A DNA stretch of 64,000 nt from Patellaria atrata CBS 101060. Its lineage: Eukaryota. The stretch covers positions 843,550-907,549 of the forward strand of contig MU006094.1 of NCBI GenBank assembly GCA_010093705.1, written 5' to 3'. A model generated the notes under the pieces. It worked only from the letters and a program-made list of their open reading frames with translations. It did no database searches and was not told the DNA's origin. Positions 1-14,027 of the stretch are shown here, one piece after another. Position 1 is the stretch's first letter; every line of letters begins with the position of its first letter. The position numbers and the translations under genes were made by a program.

Positions 1-2163
1 GAGATGCTCCTCCCTCTCCTCCCTTCTGCCAACGCTCTGCCTACGACACGCAAACATACAGTAATGATCCGTGCCGTCTCTCGCGATCGTAATACTGCAA
101 TTTACGGCAAGGTGGTGTCCTGTTCTGCAAAGCGATCCAATGATGTAGTTGCTGGCTGACCTTCCCCTCATCCATACGAATCCGTGCCACAAGCTGATTC
201 GAGAGATTCAGCTTTTCCCTTGTTTCCAAAAAGGCCGGAAAGTCCGAGCGGGCGTCCTTCCCCAAAGAGAGGAATTAGTGTATTTATTTTCATTAACCCT
301 TACCGCAATCGGTTGAATTTGCGTCCTTTTGACTCACCACTTTCACCTCCAGAGTAGACAGCAATCTTTCAGAAAAGATATTATTATAATTGCCCGCCAA
401 CAGTGCCTAGTAAGCCCTTAGCAAATCTATCTGCAAAGTAGAATGCCGTGACGATTACGGACTGTGAAGAATCCATATGTGTTACGGAATCATATGACGA
501 GCTATGTAAGCGTACCCTCTAATGGGTACGGTCTCAGTACAGTCATCCAGATACTCCGCGGGGACGGACGAAAGGCCTATTAGAGAGTGTCTCTGTTGAG
601 ATGCCAAATCATCTTCAAGGCCAAAAAGGGTAACATGAAGCTCGTTGTATTATGGTTCCAGAACGCATAAACGCACCGAAGGCTTCGAGAAGTTGTTTTC
701 AGGAGAAAGAAAATAATGGTTCGAATGCCTATGGAGAGCTCTGGATCAACGGAACACAGCCGCAAGAAAAGATTGTCATTCATCAGTGGCTGCCTTCGCC
801 CAAAGACAAAACCTGCCGGATACGCTCTAGAGTCATAACTTTGAGCAACTTTGAGCTTTGTCTAGGATCGTAGTCAGCCAGATTGGCATTATCGCTGAGA
901 ATGGTTCCCTCTCTCAAACACCTCATCAAATCGAAGTGAAGCTCCGGAAGGCGATTGTTCGATTCCGAGCTTCATCCGATCTCGCGGTGCTGATATCCTT
1001 GGGGTTCCGATGGATTGGGAAAGGTGGCAAAGTCTGGAGGCTGAGTCAACGCTTTTCAACCTGAACTGCCCGACCCGACATCATACATGGCAACAGTCGC
1101 ATCATGTCACCACCCAACAACCTCTCTAACCTCCACAGCCCACACCGTGATCGGAGGGTAATCTTTATTTGAGGAACAGGCAGCAGAGCCACGGGCGCAC
1201 AGAGCTCCAGAGTTCGGTAATGGGGAACCGTGGCACCATAACGTGACCGATACTCGTTGGCAACCATGGGCTGGCTGTATCAAAGACACTTCAGCAGAGA
1301 CGCATCCTTGGTCATTGTTGACTTGTGGGATGGATCAAGATTATTTTCTCATCTGTTCTGCTGACCGTGGTTATCCGCGGCGATGGTGGCCCTGAAGGAC
1401 AAAACGTGTCATCCACCTGAGCGTGAGATTCTTTGTTGTGAGTTCGTAAAAGGCTGGTGGCTGCCTGGAGGTCAATCTCGAGTTCTCGATCTAGCGTGCT
1501 TGACGATTGCTCATCGTGTGTGTGATGCCCAAAATTTCCGCAACGACAGTGAGACACGGGCTGAATGTGATTTTCATGGGGCGATATGAGATACTGCAGC
1601 CTAATTATGGCGATTATTGATTGGTTGTGCAGTCACCCATTTGCATGGTATTATTGACAACAGTAACCAGATAACAGCATTCTCGCACAGATTAATGCTG
1701 ATTCTCGAAAAGATTGACGAATACGCAAGATACGTGCAAGACGTGAGATTTCAGCTCAGATCGCCGTAGGCTGCTTTGAAGATAATGCATACTTCTTGAC
1801 GCAGGAACGATCATATTGGAATTATACAATAAGCAAGATATCTGGAAACAATCCAATCTCAGTCCAGGTATGTCGAGAGATGACGATAGTAACAGTTGAG
1901 AAGGTAGGCGCAAAACCACCAGGCAACAACCGCCAACAATCGCCCCGTCAGCTCAGATGCATAATGCGACAAGTCAATGAAAAGTAAGATGCAACCCCAG
2001 GATTTCCTACACATAATAAGAGCCACGTGAAAAATCAGACCAGCCGCCGCCATCGCATGCATCATATTCTAGGGAGGGTACTCGGTTTTGCCATATTTGG
2101 CGTCGCCCGATACACGCACGACGCTTCTGTCCTACCATCATACTATTGTCGATAATGCACTGT

Positions 2164-4663
2164 CTATTCCCTGTTCATCAAGAAAGGGCACTCGAAGCGT
2201 GTGATCCTACTCATCTCTTCGTGTGTTGCCCTGGCCTCCTCACTTGAAGCTGGGACAGCTACGGCTTCACCGTGGTGCGGATGGACCATCTGCTCCATAT
2301 CTTTTGAGTAAGGGCGTACGATGTCGCTAGGGCAGTCGAAGAATTGGTCAACTACATCATCGTATTCACCGTCCTTATAGAGGTTGGAAGTTTCCGGGAT
2401 AGAGCTTTCCTGCACACGCTGTTTGATTGAAGCATCTTCATCATCTTGGATCTCATGGTCATGCTCTGTCAGCTGCAGCGAGGTCGGAACCTGTGAGCTG
2501 TCGGGATGTGAAATCCGTGTCCAGCTACTACAATTTGAGCTTGACCGTCTTGACGAACATGCTGGAACTGGAGTCTCTGTAACGGTGGCCTCATTCCCAA
2601 TGGTCTTATAAATGTCTTCGGAAGTCATGTCGCCAGATATCAGTACTGCACTGGTATCGTCTGTAGATTGTTGCGGTACGCTTTTGGTGGCGTTTTCTAT
2701 AGCATCGATAGTCTCGTGAGCGTCTTCAGGTCTAGAAACTCCAGGTACCGTTGTGAGATTGATATTGTCTGTAGATGGTTGTGACAAGCTTTCCGTAGTA
2801 CTCATCACAACATTGGTGGTCTCCATGTTCCGCTGTGGTCCTTCAGCTACACTTGCCTCGTGAAGAGATTCAAGAGTTCCATCGTGCGAAATCAGCGCCG
2901 GTTGACTATCAACCTGATCATCTTCAGGAGGTAACTCCTTTTGACTTGTAGCATTCTGTTTTAACTGTGGGATGATTTCAACGTCTGGAGTGACTATTGT
3001 TTGAGAGTCGATGGGATCATCTCCTCGAGGTAAAGTTGTATTCTCTATCACGTCGGGCTCAATAGTTTCTATAACCGGAACGACTGTTCCTTGGCACTGA
3101 ACGGAACTATCTTCAGGAATTGGCACATCTGGATTGACTCGGCCTAGATCTGAGTCCTCAATAGTCTTTTCGTCTGTGGAGGTAGCTGGCTCAGGACTGA
3201 TAAGATCTTCCTTACGCGGCTCTACCTCTTCGTTGATTGTATTCCGCTTGGGGTTTTCAGCAGTCTCAACTTGGGTGTTAATCAATGCTTCAGGAACAAC
3301 AGAACCATCCTCGGGAGGTACTACCTCTGTACTGGTTGCATCGCTTTCCGCATTTTCCTCGTTGATCGTGGAGTGAATTACTAAAACCTCCGGATCAGTA
3401 GAGTGCTTGTCAAGATTATGAGACGTATGAGCTTCATGAAATTCATCTTCATCCACATCCTCTTCTTGCTTGCTGATTTGAGGTGAGACGACAAGTGTCG
3501 ATTGTGAGTCAATAGAATTTCTACGAGCTAAGTCTGGACTGGTACTCTTTTCATCAGATTCGGGCGCAGGTTGTGTGTTGAAAGGAATAGTCGTGTTCAC
3601 CCGCTTAGGAACGATCACTCTGTTAACAACTCCAGTCGGCGCGATCTGTCGAAACATTTCCATCGGATCAAACCAGGTTTCGACCTTTTGAAGCCGAACC
3701 TTATTATCGACGTGTGCGATAGTCACACCCTCGATGTCGATAGACCCGCCATGAGCCTTCGATGTTATTTTCTCCCCCTTGCTAAGCAACTATTAGACAT
3801 TGTCATTTTCTGAACATTGGTGGTACACTTACTCATTGAAGCCAACATAGTCATTCTTCATGGTACCCCAATGACGCCATCTGAATGCGACAACAGGAGG
3901 TCCACTATAGACTTCTAGCACCTCCCACGCAAAGGTGGGCATCATACGCTTGAAGGTTTTATGGCTCGAGGCGAAGTCAGAATGTTCGGGGCTGTAATAG
4001 TCGTTGGGGGCAATAATAGCATTGTATGTTCCTACTTTAAGCATGTGATCTGCGCCCTGCGGAGGACCACCATTGATAGCAAACGTGTATTTATCGTGAT
4101 CAACAGTACGCCAGTCAGAGAGGACTGGCTTGAAAGATGCTTCAACCTCCCAATTCTTAACCAGGTTTTCAACAAGTTGGGGCAAGCTTCCAGCTGCATG
4201 GTCCATGCGTTTCGCTACAAATATTATTAGTACATTGATAAGAGAGCAAATAAGAACAAGATGCGGTGAAACCAAAGAAATGCAAGATAAAGCTGAGCGA
4301 TTAGTTGTGTAAGAACCATGCAGCTTCTCGTGACGATGACCTCGCAGTTGTACGACAGATCGGGCGGAATTTCATACGTGCACTGCGTGAATACTGACGG
4401 AATGGAACAAGGCCACCACGTGGATAAAAATGGAGATATATTGAGTACAACTCAAGGTGGATCTTCGTGAAGTGAAAGATGAGAAGATGGTAAAGACCAC
4501 GCTTACTCTTTGCAAAGACGTCCCGGGTTTTTGAGTAGTCCGGAGCTCTACCATACCTCCACTTTGCATCTGAATCCTTTAAAACAGCATTAGGATCTGT
4601 CAAGTAATCCGGTAACTCTTGAGCTGGATCGGACGGTTGGGGTGACTGCTCGACGGTAGTCAT
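2164..4663 (-). CDS. Pathogen-related protein (SnoaL/NTF2-like 'pathogenesis-related' family) with long acidic low-complexity region; 3 exons (4663-4507, 4214-3833, 3781-2164)
   Basis: Motifs LPDYLTDPNAVLKD..WRYGRAPDYS, LVENLVKNWEVEASFK, FKRMMPTFAWEVLEVYSGPPVVAFRWRHWG and VETWFDPMEMFRQI. GTAAGC/GTAAGT donors and TAG acceptors join the three ORFs in frame. Confidence 0.85.
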
Positions 4664-7600
4664 CCTATATGCTAGAGAGAGGTTTGGAGACTGTAGAAAC
4701 GGAAGAGTAATAACAAGAGACTGTAAGTGTCAAAAGCAGGGTTGACAGTGAACAGGATAAAAAGATCAGGATGTCAGGAATGTGAGAAAGGAAAGTGACA
4801 GTAGGTCTGGTGATTGAGGGAAGACAGGTGGGTGGGCGAGGAGTATAAAAGGGTTTACTCTATTCCTTACGATGGTCTGTATCATGCCAAAACGTGGGAT
4901 ACCAATGTATTAAGAAAGAAAGGTGCCAACTTGCCATCTTCGTCCGGGGGAGGAATTACACATGGCAATTCCCACAAAAACGCTTGGAATGTACATTCAA
5001 TCTAAGATAAGTGACCCTTTTGTCCTTTTGACACGCATCCCCGGCAGTTTCGAGGATTGTAGGACCGAGAAAGTCAGCCACCATGATGCATCACTCTTCA
5101 ATCATCCTTACTTTGTTTCACCTGCAGAGGCCGAGATCTGGTCCAAGATCGGTAATAGATTTTGGAGAGTGACTCCCGTTCTCGGATGTATCCAGTTGAG
5201 GAAGGCTCTCTCTGCTACAGTGTCGTTCGTGCCTTCCATCCGAGTCTTCTCCTCATACCATGGTTCCAATTGGTAGCTAGGATGAAGATCTGAAGGGTAT
5301 TTGCAGAAAGTTGGTGAACACGGTCCGATATTGTGGTGGAGTAAAGGGATGAATCAGGCTAACTTAGCTGCGGAACGCCGTAAGGAGTGCTTTTGGTGGG
5401 TCAATGAGTGCACAAAGATGATGAGCCTGGTATCAGGAGAAGACTTGGGTACCGAGGGCTTTTCCCTGTTCTCCTTACGAACTGATCATATCGCCTTCAA
5501 CTTTCTTCCACAAGTTCAATCATTGGATCCAGATGGAAATCCTGTGAACTCGAACGCCTGTTCGAAATAGGAGGTTGAATTGCACCACCCAGAGTCTCAA
5601 ACGATTCCATGGTATGGTACGACCATATTTTTTTTCTCCGATGCGCAGGCCATCAAGGATCAACGTCGTACAAGCAAGAAGCGCCTATTGTTATCGGGAA
5701 TTTCCCTTCTCGGCTCGTTCGATACCGTAATATTTTAGGTATCTAGTGGTAGTGAGAGTCCGAGAGGGCTAGGTATATGCATGCTTTGAAAGAGCATCAC
5801 ATCAGCGGGATCTCCGAAATGCGGATATAATCGCTTCAACCTGACCTTTCTTTGTTTCGTTCAATTTAGCTCATTCTAAAAGAATCCTCATTGGACCTCC
5901 CGTACTAGATCCCTTACTTAAGACGGGAAAGAGACTCGAAAATTTCTTAAAGACCACTGAAAGTCAAGGAAGCACTAACCGTGACACTGATAAAAGGAGC
6001 ATAGGTTTGGTCTCTCAAATTTCTCACAGGCGTGCAACCTGTGGGTGTTAGTTAGCGCAAGTGTGTGAGAAGTAACGTTGTCTTGACTCTTGGTTCTTGG
6101 TTCTTGGTTGCTGTTTGGAGCTCTGATGCCGGTTTAGATCCGTATGCAGAGTTTTCCCCTTTTGATGCCATACATATCAATCTGCGAATTGCCGTGCTTG
6201 ATCTGATCCGCCTACCAGGTCAAGAATCTCGAGGTCTGAAATACGGCGTGTGATTCTCGCGTGGCAATCCGTTCCTTTGGAATGCATCTCGATGAGACGG
6301 AAAGTACCTTAGATCTTATGTAGGAGGATATTGTAATCGTGTCATGCAAAAACGAAGCCGTTATGATGCATGTTACAGTTATAGCGTGAGAAAAGCGAGC
6401 GAATTACGCCGGCTATAGTTGAAAAAGCGTTTTCACTTGGCACATACAGTTATCAATGGAGCCATAGTCGCATAAGAGGAAACCCCACATTAGCCATGAG
6501 GCTTTGTGGTACGACGATGGCGTCCCCCCCTCTGCGAGATTTCGATCGTGCGGGATTTCGCAAAGATATCTACTTTAAGGCCGGTCAACGAGCTTGTGTA
6601 TTAAAAGATAGGACAAATATTCGACAGCTGGCCGTTCTAACCTTTATGACACAGGGGAATATTGGAGAGTAGCGTGACATAGTTACACGTCCGATACAGA
6701 GGAACTTAGGCTTGTTTGGCGTCTCTTTCAACGTCTGTAGATCCTGTATCGTGGGGAGACTAACAGCTAGCACAGCATGGAATGGAGAGTAAACAACGTT
6801 GATTTAACGCCAGGGCGTCACGACATTCCGTTTGACAACAACGGATACATAAGCGGCGGTCTGGAAGGTATCCGTCTAAACTGTCAGGCTCCAATGGAGT
6901 AGTGCTCGGAGCGTATGTTTGCACGACATCAAACGTAATGAGCCAAGGTGAGATAGACACTCGTTGTTATGAATTCATCATTACTGTGTGCAAACATGTG
7001 GCGTTGCATGAACGTTGTATGCATAGCATCAAAGGGATAACGCTTCTGTAGCTTAGGACTAGATCAAACCCTATGTGAGGAGGGATCAGACCTACCTGAG
7101 ATATCATACTCGTTGAAATTTCTTGAAGAACATATATCGTCCGGTAAACATCAGCTTTGAAGATTGTCAAGAGGATGAAATGAACGGAAAGAATATTTGA
7201 ATTGCCAAAAAAAAAAATATAAAAAAAAAATAGCATCACATGCTATACACACTAAGCAGTTAAGGCTAGATCAAGTTTACCGAACTGTTAAATTGCACGA
7301 CCGAGGACCGAGCCCGCTTCCGGTCGTTGATGAAGTTGGTGTACTGTAAGAGACTATCGCTTTTGTCTATGACACCCTGAGAGTCTTGCACATCGCGGAC
7401 CTTTAGTACCTAAAGTATCTGTTCTACGATGAATGACCTAAAGCGATTGATTCCTGTTCAAAAGAAAACGACTGGAGAGCTAATAAATCTGCTTGATGGC
7501 CAAGAATACAACACTAGAGGTAGCAAACTGCACAAATAACAGTACTGTATGAGCGGCATTTCATCCTCATTGGATATTACTGTACAAAGACAAACCATCT

Positions 7601-8595
7601 TTCAAGTGTCTTACATCATTTTCGTCCCTGTAAGTGGAATGTGTTTTAACTAAGGCGGGGAATGAGCGTAGCTGTGTACGGTAGGGAATACAGTGATACA
7701 GGCCCTCCCTTCTTGTTGACAAACTTTATGACAAGAGGACGTCTCCCGTTATAGTACACTGATATACAACCTCTTCAAGTCTTCATGCAGACTGTATTGA
7801 AGTACTGGGATCGTTGTGGAGTGCCCAAGGGGTTGGTGTCAGATTTACCGATACGACTGAGATTGGGATGTACAAATACGTATTGTGAGTACGTATTTCA
7901 GTATGCAGATGAGGCACACATAAGTCTCGTTGAAAACTGGACGAAAAGGTGATGTCTAAGAAGCTAAGAATAGTGTAGTCTATTCCTTTGTCCTGGTCCA
8001 AAGGTATTGTGGGAGATGTATTCTCTCGCAGTGGTTCTGGTGATAGTCCTTGAACTATGTAGCTCGCTATTATTCGAAAAACAGCGCGGTTTCATTTTGA
8101 AAGATATCATATTCTTTCGAAGTTACTTCAAGGTACTGTAAATACTTGCGTACCTTACCTTTACGCGCGTCCTTTACAAAGGTTCGTTATCGTTGGGGCG
8201 CGGGTGTGGCGTTACGATAGGCACAGCCCCAGATCTTCCCGTCCACGAAAACCCGGGGGTGCAAGGTGTTTCAAGTTTGGACGTTCAGACATCTATCCTC
8301 ATATTCTCCTGATTCCCGGCGATACTCTCCATGTTTCCCTTCTGCGAGGGTCTATTTCGTCGTAATTCTCTCCGACCCAAATATCGTGTTCTATCCCTTC
8401 GTCCTGATTGATTTATACTCGTTCCATTGCACTCAAGATCATAACATCAACCTCGTGAACCCTTAGGGGTAACGCATACTCCTGGAAGAGACGGCATTTC
8501 CCTCTGAAAAAGTTGACTGGAACAACTCTAGACGAGAAAAAGACAGTATCTCGTCAGTAAAAATATCCTGGGAAGATTAGGGAATTGAGTCGACA

Positions 8596-9699
8596 ATGGC
8601 TACAACCTTCTGGCAACGGGATCTCGCATCCTCATTTGACGACGCTCGCGACACCTTATCATCGTGGGACAAATGCATGGACAAGAACTATTGCAAGTCA
8701 GTCTTCCTTACCGTGATGCAAACATTCTCTTTCAACACCCAACCCATTCCTAACGTTTAACACAGATGGCCCGTCATAGTCGGAATTATTATTGGTTCAC
8801 TCATTCTAATATCAGTCCTCATCTGCATCATCCGCTGTGCCTGCTGCGGCGCTGCGTGCTGCTGTAGTTGCATGTCCTGCTGCACATCCTGCTGTCCATC
8901 TGGGGGTCGCAAACACAAAAACCATGAATCGCTCCCCTCTCCCGCCCCGATGCCCTACGACGGGCCCATTGATACACAATACGCTAGTCGTGCCGGCATG
9001 CCGATGTATGGCGCCGGGTTCCCTAGTTCCGTTTCCACCTACGGCTCCAGCGCCCCGCAATACGCACAATTCGACGCCTCGACGAATAAGGGCGGCAAAT
9101 TCAACGAGGATGCGCTACCTGCGATGCCGAGCTGGGATACCGCGACGCAGAGAAAGGTCCAGGTTGAAATAGAGGAGGAGGAACCCCCTAGGAATCAAGA
9201 GGTCGGCATCGCGATGAAGCCTCTCGACCGTGACGGTAGTTTGCACGCGGACTACGGCAACACTCATAGCGCAACGAGTCCGATGCTACCTAACGCAGCA
9301 GGTGCTCCTCTTCGCTCTCCAGTCTCACCATACGCGCAAACTCGCTCCCAATCGAATGACATGTATACCCCACAATCGCGCACATCCCCTGACGATCGCT
9401 CCACCGACCCATATTTCCGACAACCGCAGCAAAACTCGTACAACACCTACGACTCGCCTTACCAAATCAATCAGGAGTCCGGCGTACTTACGAGCACTGG
9501 AGGGCAGAGGACGCAATCTCCACCTCGGGACGATTATCGTTATGCTTCACCGGCGCCGTATACGGACAACTACAGACATAACCAGCGGGGATTTCAGGAA
9601 AGTGCCTATGACAACTATCCGCCTAGCGGTTATGACGCATATCAGCCCCCGCAGCAGGTTAACAGGAGGCCCGTCGATGGGTCTTGGAGGGATATTTGA
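8596..9699 (+). CDS. Pin2-like ('fibroin-3 related') single-pass membrane protein; 2 exons (8596-8696, 8766-9699)
   Basis: SSWDKCMDKNYCK|WPVIVGIIIG, then a TM helix, a Cys-rich juxtamembrane stretch (CACCGAACCCSCMSCCTSCC), the motif NEDALPAMPSW, and a Y/P/Q-rich tail ending GSWRDI. Intron GTCAGT...CTAAC...CAG. Confidence 0.8.
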
Positions 9700-10794
9700 A
9701 GATCTCAAATTCAACAAATTTTTAGTGAACCACGTAATCTCTAGTTGTATCACAAAAACGTTCTGGGATATGGTAGCACAGCAGTCGCGGGAGGCAAGCT
9801 GAGAAATGTTCACAAGATTTTCGGTGGTGTTTCTTCACAGCCCTATTTTGGGTACAGGTTGTGGCTATGGTTTTGATTATTTCGGGTATGCATAGCGACG
9901 GCGTACAGGATTGTATATGAAGGCTCGATATCTCCTTCCTTTGGGCCGGGTACAGGGATTTATGTCTAGAATAAGGTCAATGGTATTCGACAGTGCAGGC
10001 ATTTCAGGCCGAATTCAAACTGACGAACCCCTAAACCCCCGTTACGCCATTGGATCTCTATCTTCATACGTAAAGTTCCCCGATCTCCACATTGTCGAGT
10101 CTTTGAATCTTACTCTACCTGCCTGGGAAGCCTCAAGACGTACCAGCTCCGCCCCAATCCGACCATAATAGCACAAATAAGCTTAGGATGTCGGAAAGCG
10201 GCGGGATAGTCGACCAGCGCCTTTCCGTGTACTAGGTATCAGGATGTTGAACAAGCAAACACCGCGTCACGGCGTACAGCAGACGAGATACTAGGGACCG
10301 CTGACCTGGTCCTAAGAGTAGGCTTACCACAGCTCTACAAGAGCGCAAAGTAGTGTATATGTTTGCTATTGATTGGGGTAAGCGCTGAACTGAACTGAGG
10401 TGAGAAATAGGGAATGGAGAGTTCGAGCTGGAAGATTGCGTGACGTGTGATGGCGAGGCGATGCGATGTGGTATAAATATCAGCTTGGTTGACTGGATGA
10501 GAGTTACGTCCAGTTAAATGCTAGAAGAGTAGAGAAGCCGTAGCTGAAACCAATAGCGCCGTTACCCGTATGACCAGCCATGCACCCTATGCTTCATCGT
10601 CTTTGAATCATCTGTCCCACATCCGAACAAAAAATTTATTAGTACAATGACACCTCGTTCACCGTTTCCCACGTGACAGCCGGGGATATCTGCAGTGCTT
10701 CCTTTTCACCACATTTGTGCCCCTAATCTTGAAGCAGCACTCATTGCTCCTGTCCACTCGGTCGCACATTCATTTACTCGGGCCCGTGATAATT

Positions 10795-11571
10795 TTACGC
10801 CGGCAACTTTGCCCCTTCTTGCAACGGCGGCGGTGGTTCTAGTCTTGTGCCTTCGGCCATCATACGCTGGAATCCTATTCCGACACCCTCAATGACCGCG
10901 ATAAGAATCGCTGTCGCAATAGCGCCGTTGCGCATCGCTCTTGGTCCGCCTCTTACAGCTAAAGAACCGCCGGTGAGAAAGCCGGCAATGATACCGTTCC
11001 AGGGGTCCTCCTTCTTACGTACACCTTTAACTGCACCTGGGATATGTGAGTTTATGAGGTGTCTGGAGAGGGGATTTTTGGATGTGGGGAAGGTTCTCTT
11101 CTGGGCGAGAGAAGGATTGACGGAACATACAGTCGTAACTTGAAAAGAGACCACCCCATACACCGAAGTTGCCTCCTAGGACGGGTGCGCGAGCTTTTAT
11201 GGCGGTTATTGCTGAGTAGATGTTAGTGATCGTTCGTAGGACATGTATGTTGGACGTTAGGCGTACCGCCTATTCTACGCTCTCCTAAAGGACTGGGTTG
11301 ATGTTAGTCGACTATCAATCCAGAATCTTTCTCTCTAAACACAAACCTATTTCTGAAACCTTTGACACCATGCCATACTATATTGTATTAATATGATATA
11401 TTCTTGATCAATATAAAATGTAGTACCTGCACCGCCAATTGCACTATAGGATACAATGATTAGTTTTTCGCAAGTTATATCTGGTAGTGGTGGACAACTC
11501 TACCCCATAGAAAATGCGCCCCCGAAATCACTCAGGGCCACCCATGGACAAGGATCTCTAGAATGATCCAT
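10795..11571 (-). CDS. TIM17: Mitochondrial inner membrane translocase subunit Tim17; 6 exons (11571-11504, 11443-11427, 11377-11347, 11292-11267, 11211-11131, 11036-10795)
   Basis: Spliced product [88 protein letters not shown] matches Tim17. All introns are GT-AG. Confidence 0.96.
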
Positions 11572-12010
11572 ATTGAGAGTCTAGGTAATGATGAACGGAG
11601 GTGATATATTAGGAATGACGCGGAGGTCAAGGTGGTGCGCGACTGCTCAGGAGATGGCGAGATAGAAGGTGATATCCGGATGATAAAGCTTCGGCGGGTT
11701 TGGGTAACTCTTTTCAACTACTCTAACGCATCCAGATGTCGAAAAGTGTCAAAATATACAATGGACAAGTTGAAGAGAGGATAACAGACATATGAAGAGT
11801 GCGGCAGTCCGGTACATACATGAGATTGAAAGGAAAAAGTCGCTCATGATGCGCTTCCTTTCCGCAAGCCGAAGTATTTCCGATTTTTGTATTGCACAAC
11901 CACAATGTGGTCACAAAACATTAGCAGTCTTCTTGCTGTCTGTCCTCACAATGGCAGTTATTTTACCTTTTCAATTGAGCTAACTGCTAGATACCGCTCT
12001 CAAGGTTACC

Positions 12011-14027
12011 ATGCCGTCCGTCACCACCATCGTTTCGGTGGTTGTGTGTCTTTCCGCAGCCCTCATAATTATCGTCTCCAACGGAGATCTACCATTCCCC
12101 TCTCTAAGGAGATCCGACGGCCTCAATTGTGAAATTACCGACTCAGTCAGCCACACACCCTATGTCGCAACTTGGAACGTATGGTGGCATCCTCAACGAC
12201 CGTTTAATGAAGAGCATCCGGGAACCGAAGGTCGTGGTCAAGGCGGAGGTTCTATTTCAAAAGCATGGAATATACTATACCATCTAGGAGGTAACGGCCC
12301 ATGGGTAGAAAAGGTTGATGGTGTTGTGCAGAAAGGCATTGCGCCGCCACTAGGTTGCAAAATTGAACAGGTTCATTTGGTGCGTTGGGGGTGATGTGAG
12401 CATTGATTGACGGTCATGCTCATTGAACCTAAGTAGATGTCGAGACATGCGGAGAGGTATCCTACAAAAAAAGCAGGAATTCGTAGGTTATGGAGTTCTT
12501 TTAGCTATGCCCTTATCTATATACAATGAATAGTATTGTCATCCTGGACTGTTCCACTTGATTGACGCTCTCCTAGGACTCATGAAAGTCGTCAACCGCA
12601 TCAGATCCGCAAAAACACCCCTCAAAGGCGATCTTGCCTTCGCAAATACATGGAAATATTTTACCACAGATACGTCCCATCCCTAAAAAATTACCCATAT
12701 CTCCCCTATTCTCCCCTTCTCATCCTACTCCATTTCTCATCCTTACACCTATCCATCCCTATCCACACTACACCCTAACAAACACCAGACCCTAAACTTC
12801 AACTCGAACACCTCACAACGACCGGCCCCTTCGCCGGCACCCTTGGCGCCTTCACGACCGGCGTCCGTCTCCGCACCCGCTACGCCCACCTCTTCCACTC
12901 CTCTCCCCCACAAGAAACCCACCCATCCAACACGAGCAAAACGCGCTTCTGGTCCTGCGACTGCCCCCGCGTCGCCGACACGGCCCGCTACTTCGCACTC
13001 GGCTTCTTCGGCCACGATTGGCGCACCCGCGCCTCGCACCAAATCATCCCCGAAGAAGTCTCCCGCGGCGCCGACACGCTAACACCCGGCGACACCTGTC
13101 TCGGCTATCTCTGGGACGGGGAAAAGGGCCACGGGTACGGCTGGGCGATGCTGGATGTCTACCGTCACACATACATCCCCGCCATCATGGAGAGGCTCGC
13201 AAAGCAGAACCCGGAGGTGCAGTGGGAGGAGGAGGAGATCTGGGCGATGCAGGAGCTGTGCGGTTTCGAAACCACGGTTCGCGGCGCGAGTAAGTGGTGC
13301 GATGTCTTCACCCGGGACGAGTGGCTGCAGTTCGAGTACGCGCGCGACGTCATACACTACTATCGCGCGGGGCCGGGGAATCCGTACGGCGCCGCTATGG
13401 GGTGGCTCTACTTGAACGCGACCACGAATCTTCTCCTCCAGGGCCCCGATGCCGGGACTATGTTTTTCAGCTTGTAGGTTTGAGATTCCACACCCCGTGT
13501 TTGTGAAACGGAGAGTAGCTGATATGGTGGTGAACAGTGTTCATGACGGCGACATCGTCCCCCTCTTCGCTGCTCTCGATCTCTTCCCGGACAACGAACA
13601 CCTCCCCGTCACGCATATCCCGCCGAATCGAAACTGGCGCACTTCGCAGTCTGTGCCTATGGGCGCGAGGGTTATTTTTGAATTGCTGAACTGTGGGGAT
13701 GAGTCTGACTATGATTCCGCCGGTGCGGGAAATAAACCCCACCATTTCGTTCGCGTAAACGTCAACGATGGCATCGTCGCGGTTCCTGGCTGCGATGATG
13801 GACCGGGCAGGAGTTGCGAACTGGGTAGATGGGCTGAGAGGGTTAGGAAGAGGGGAGAGGATGTTGGGAGGTTTGGGGACGTTTGTGGGGTCGAGGGCGA
13901 TGAGAGGGGGATTAGTTTTTTGCATCAGCGGTGGGATGGGGAGCGGGAGCGGGAGCGGGAGGAACAGGGAGAAGGGGGTAAGGGGGAACGGGGGGGATGG
14001 GGGGTGAGGGAGGGGGATAGGGATTAG
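12011..14027 (+). CDS. Histidine acid phosphatase / 3-phytase-like; 5 exons (12011-12379, 12437-12482, 12577-12669, 12789-13473, 13538-14027). Intron 3 donor reads AT, so possibly a disrupted allele
   Basis: N-terminal signal anchor, WNILYHLGGNGPW, catalytic RHAERYP (RHGxRxP-type), QELCGFE, YYRAGPGNPY, the HD motif (FVHDGDI) and FVRVNVNDG. Confidence 0.88.

Noticed and set aside
1..2065. Short ORFs and splice-like signals (GTGAGT at about 337 and CTAAT at about 278, minus strand)
   Set aside because: I could not build a coherent gene model or recognise a domain. It may be a gene remnant but this is unsupported.
4700..8590. 3.9-kb gap checked for transposon or ncRNA signatures
   Set aside because: No terminal repeats, transposase or RT motifs, or recognisable structural RNA were found by eye.
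10637..10646. Puf-like TGTACTAATA in the TIM17 3'-UTR (minus strand)
   Set aside because: A single degenerate match that overlaps a probable poly(A) signal; too weak to call.
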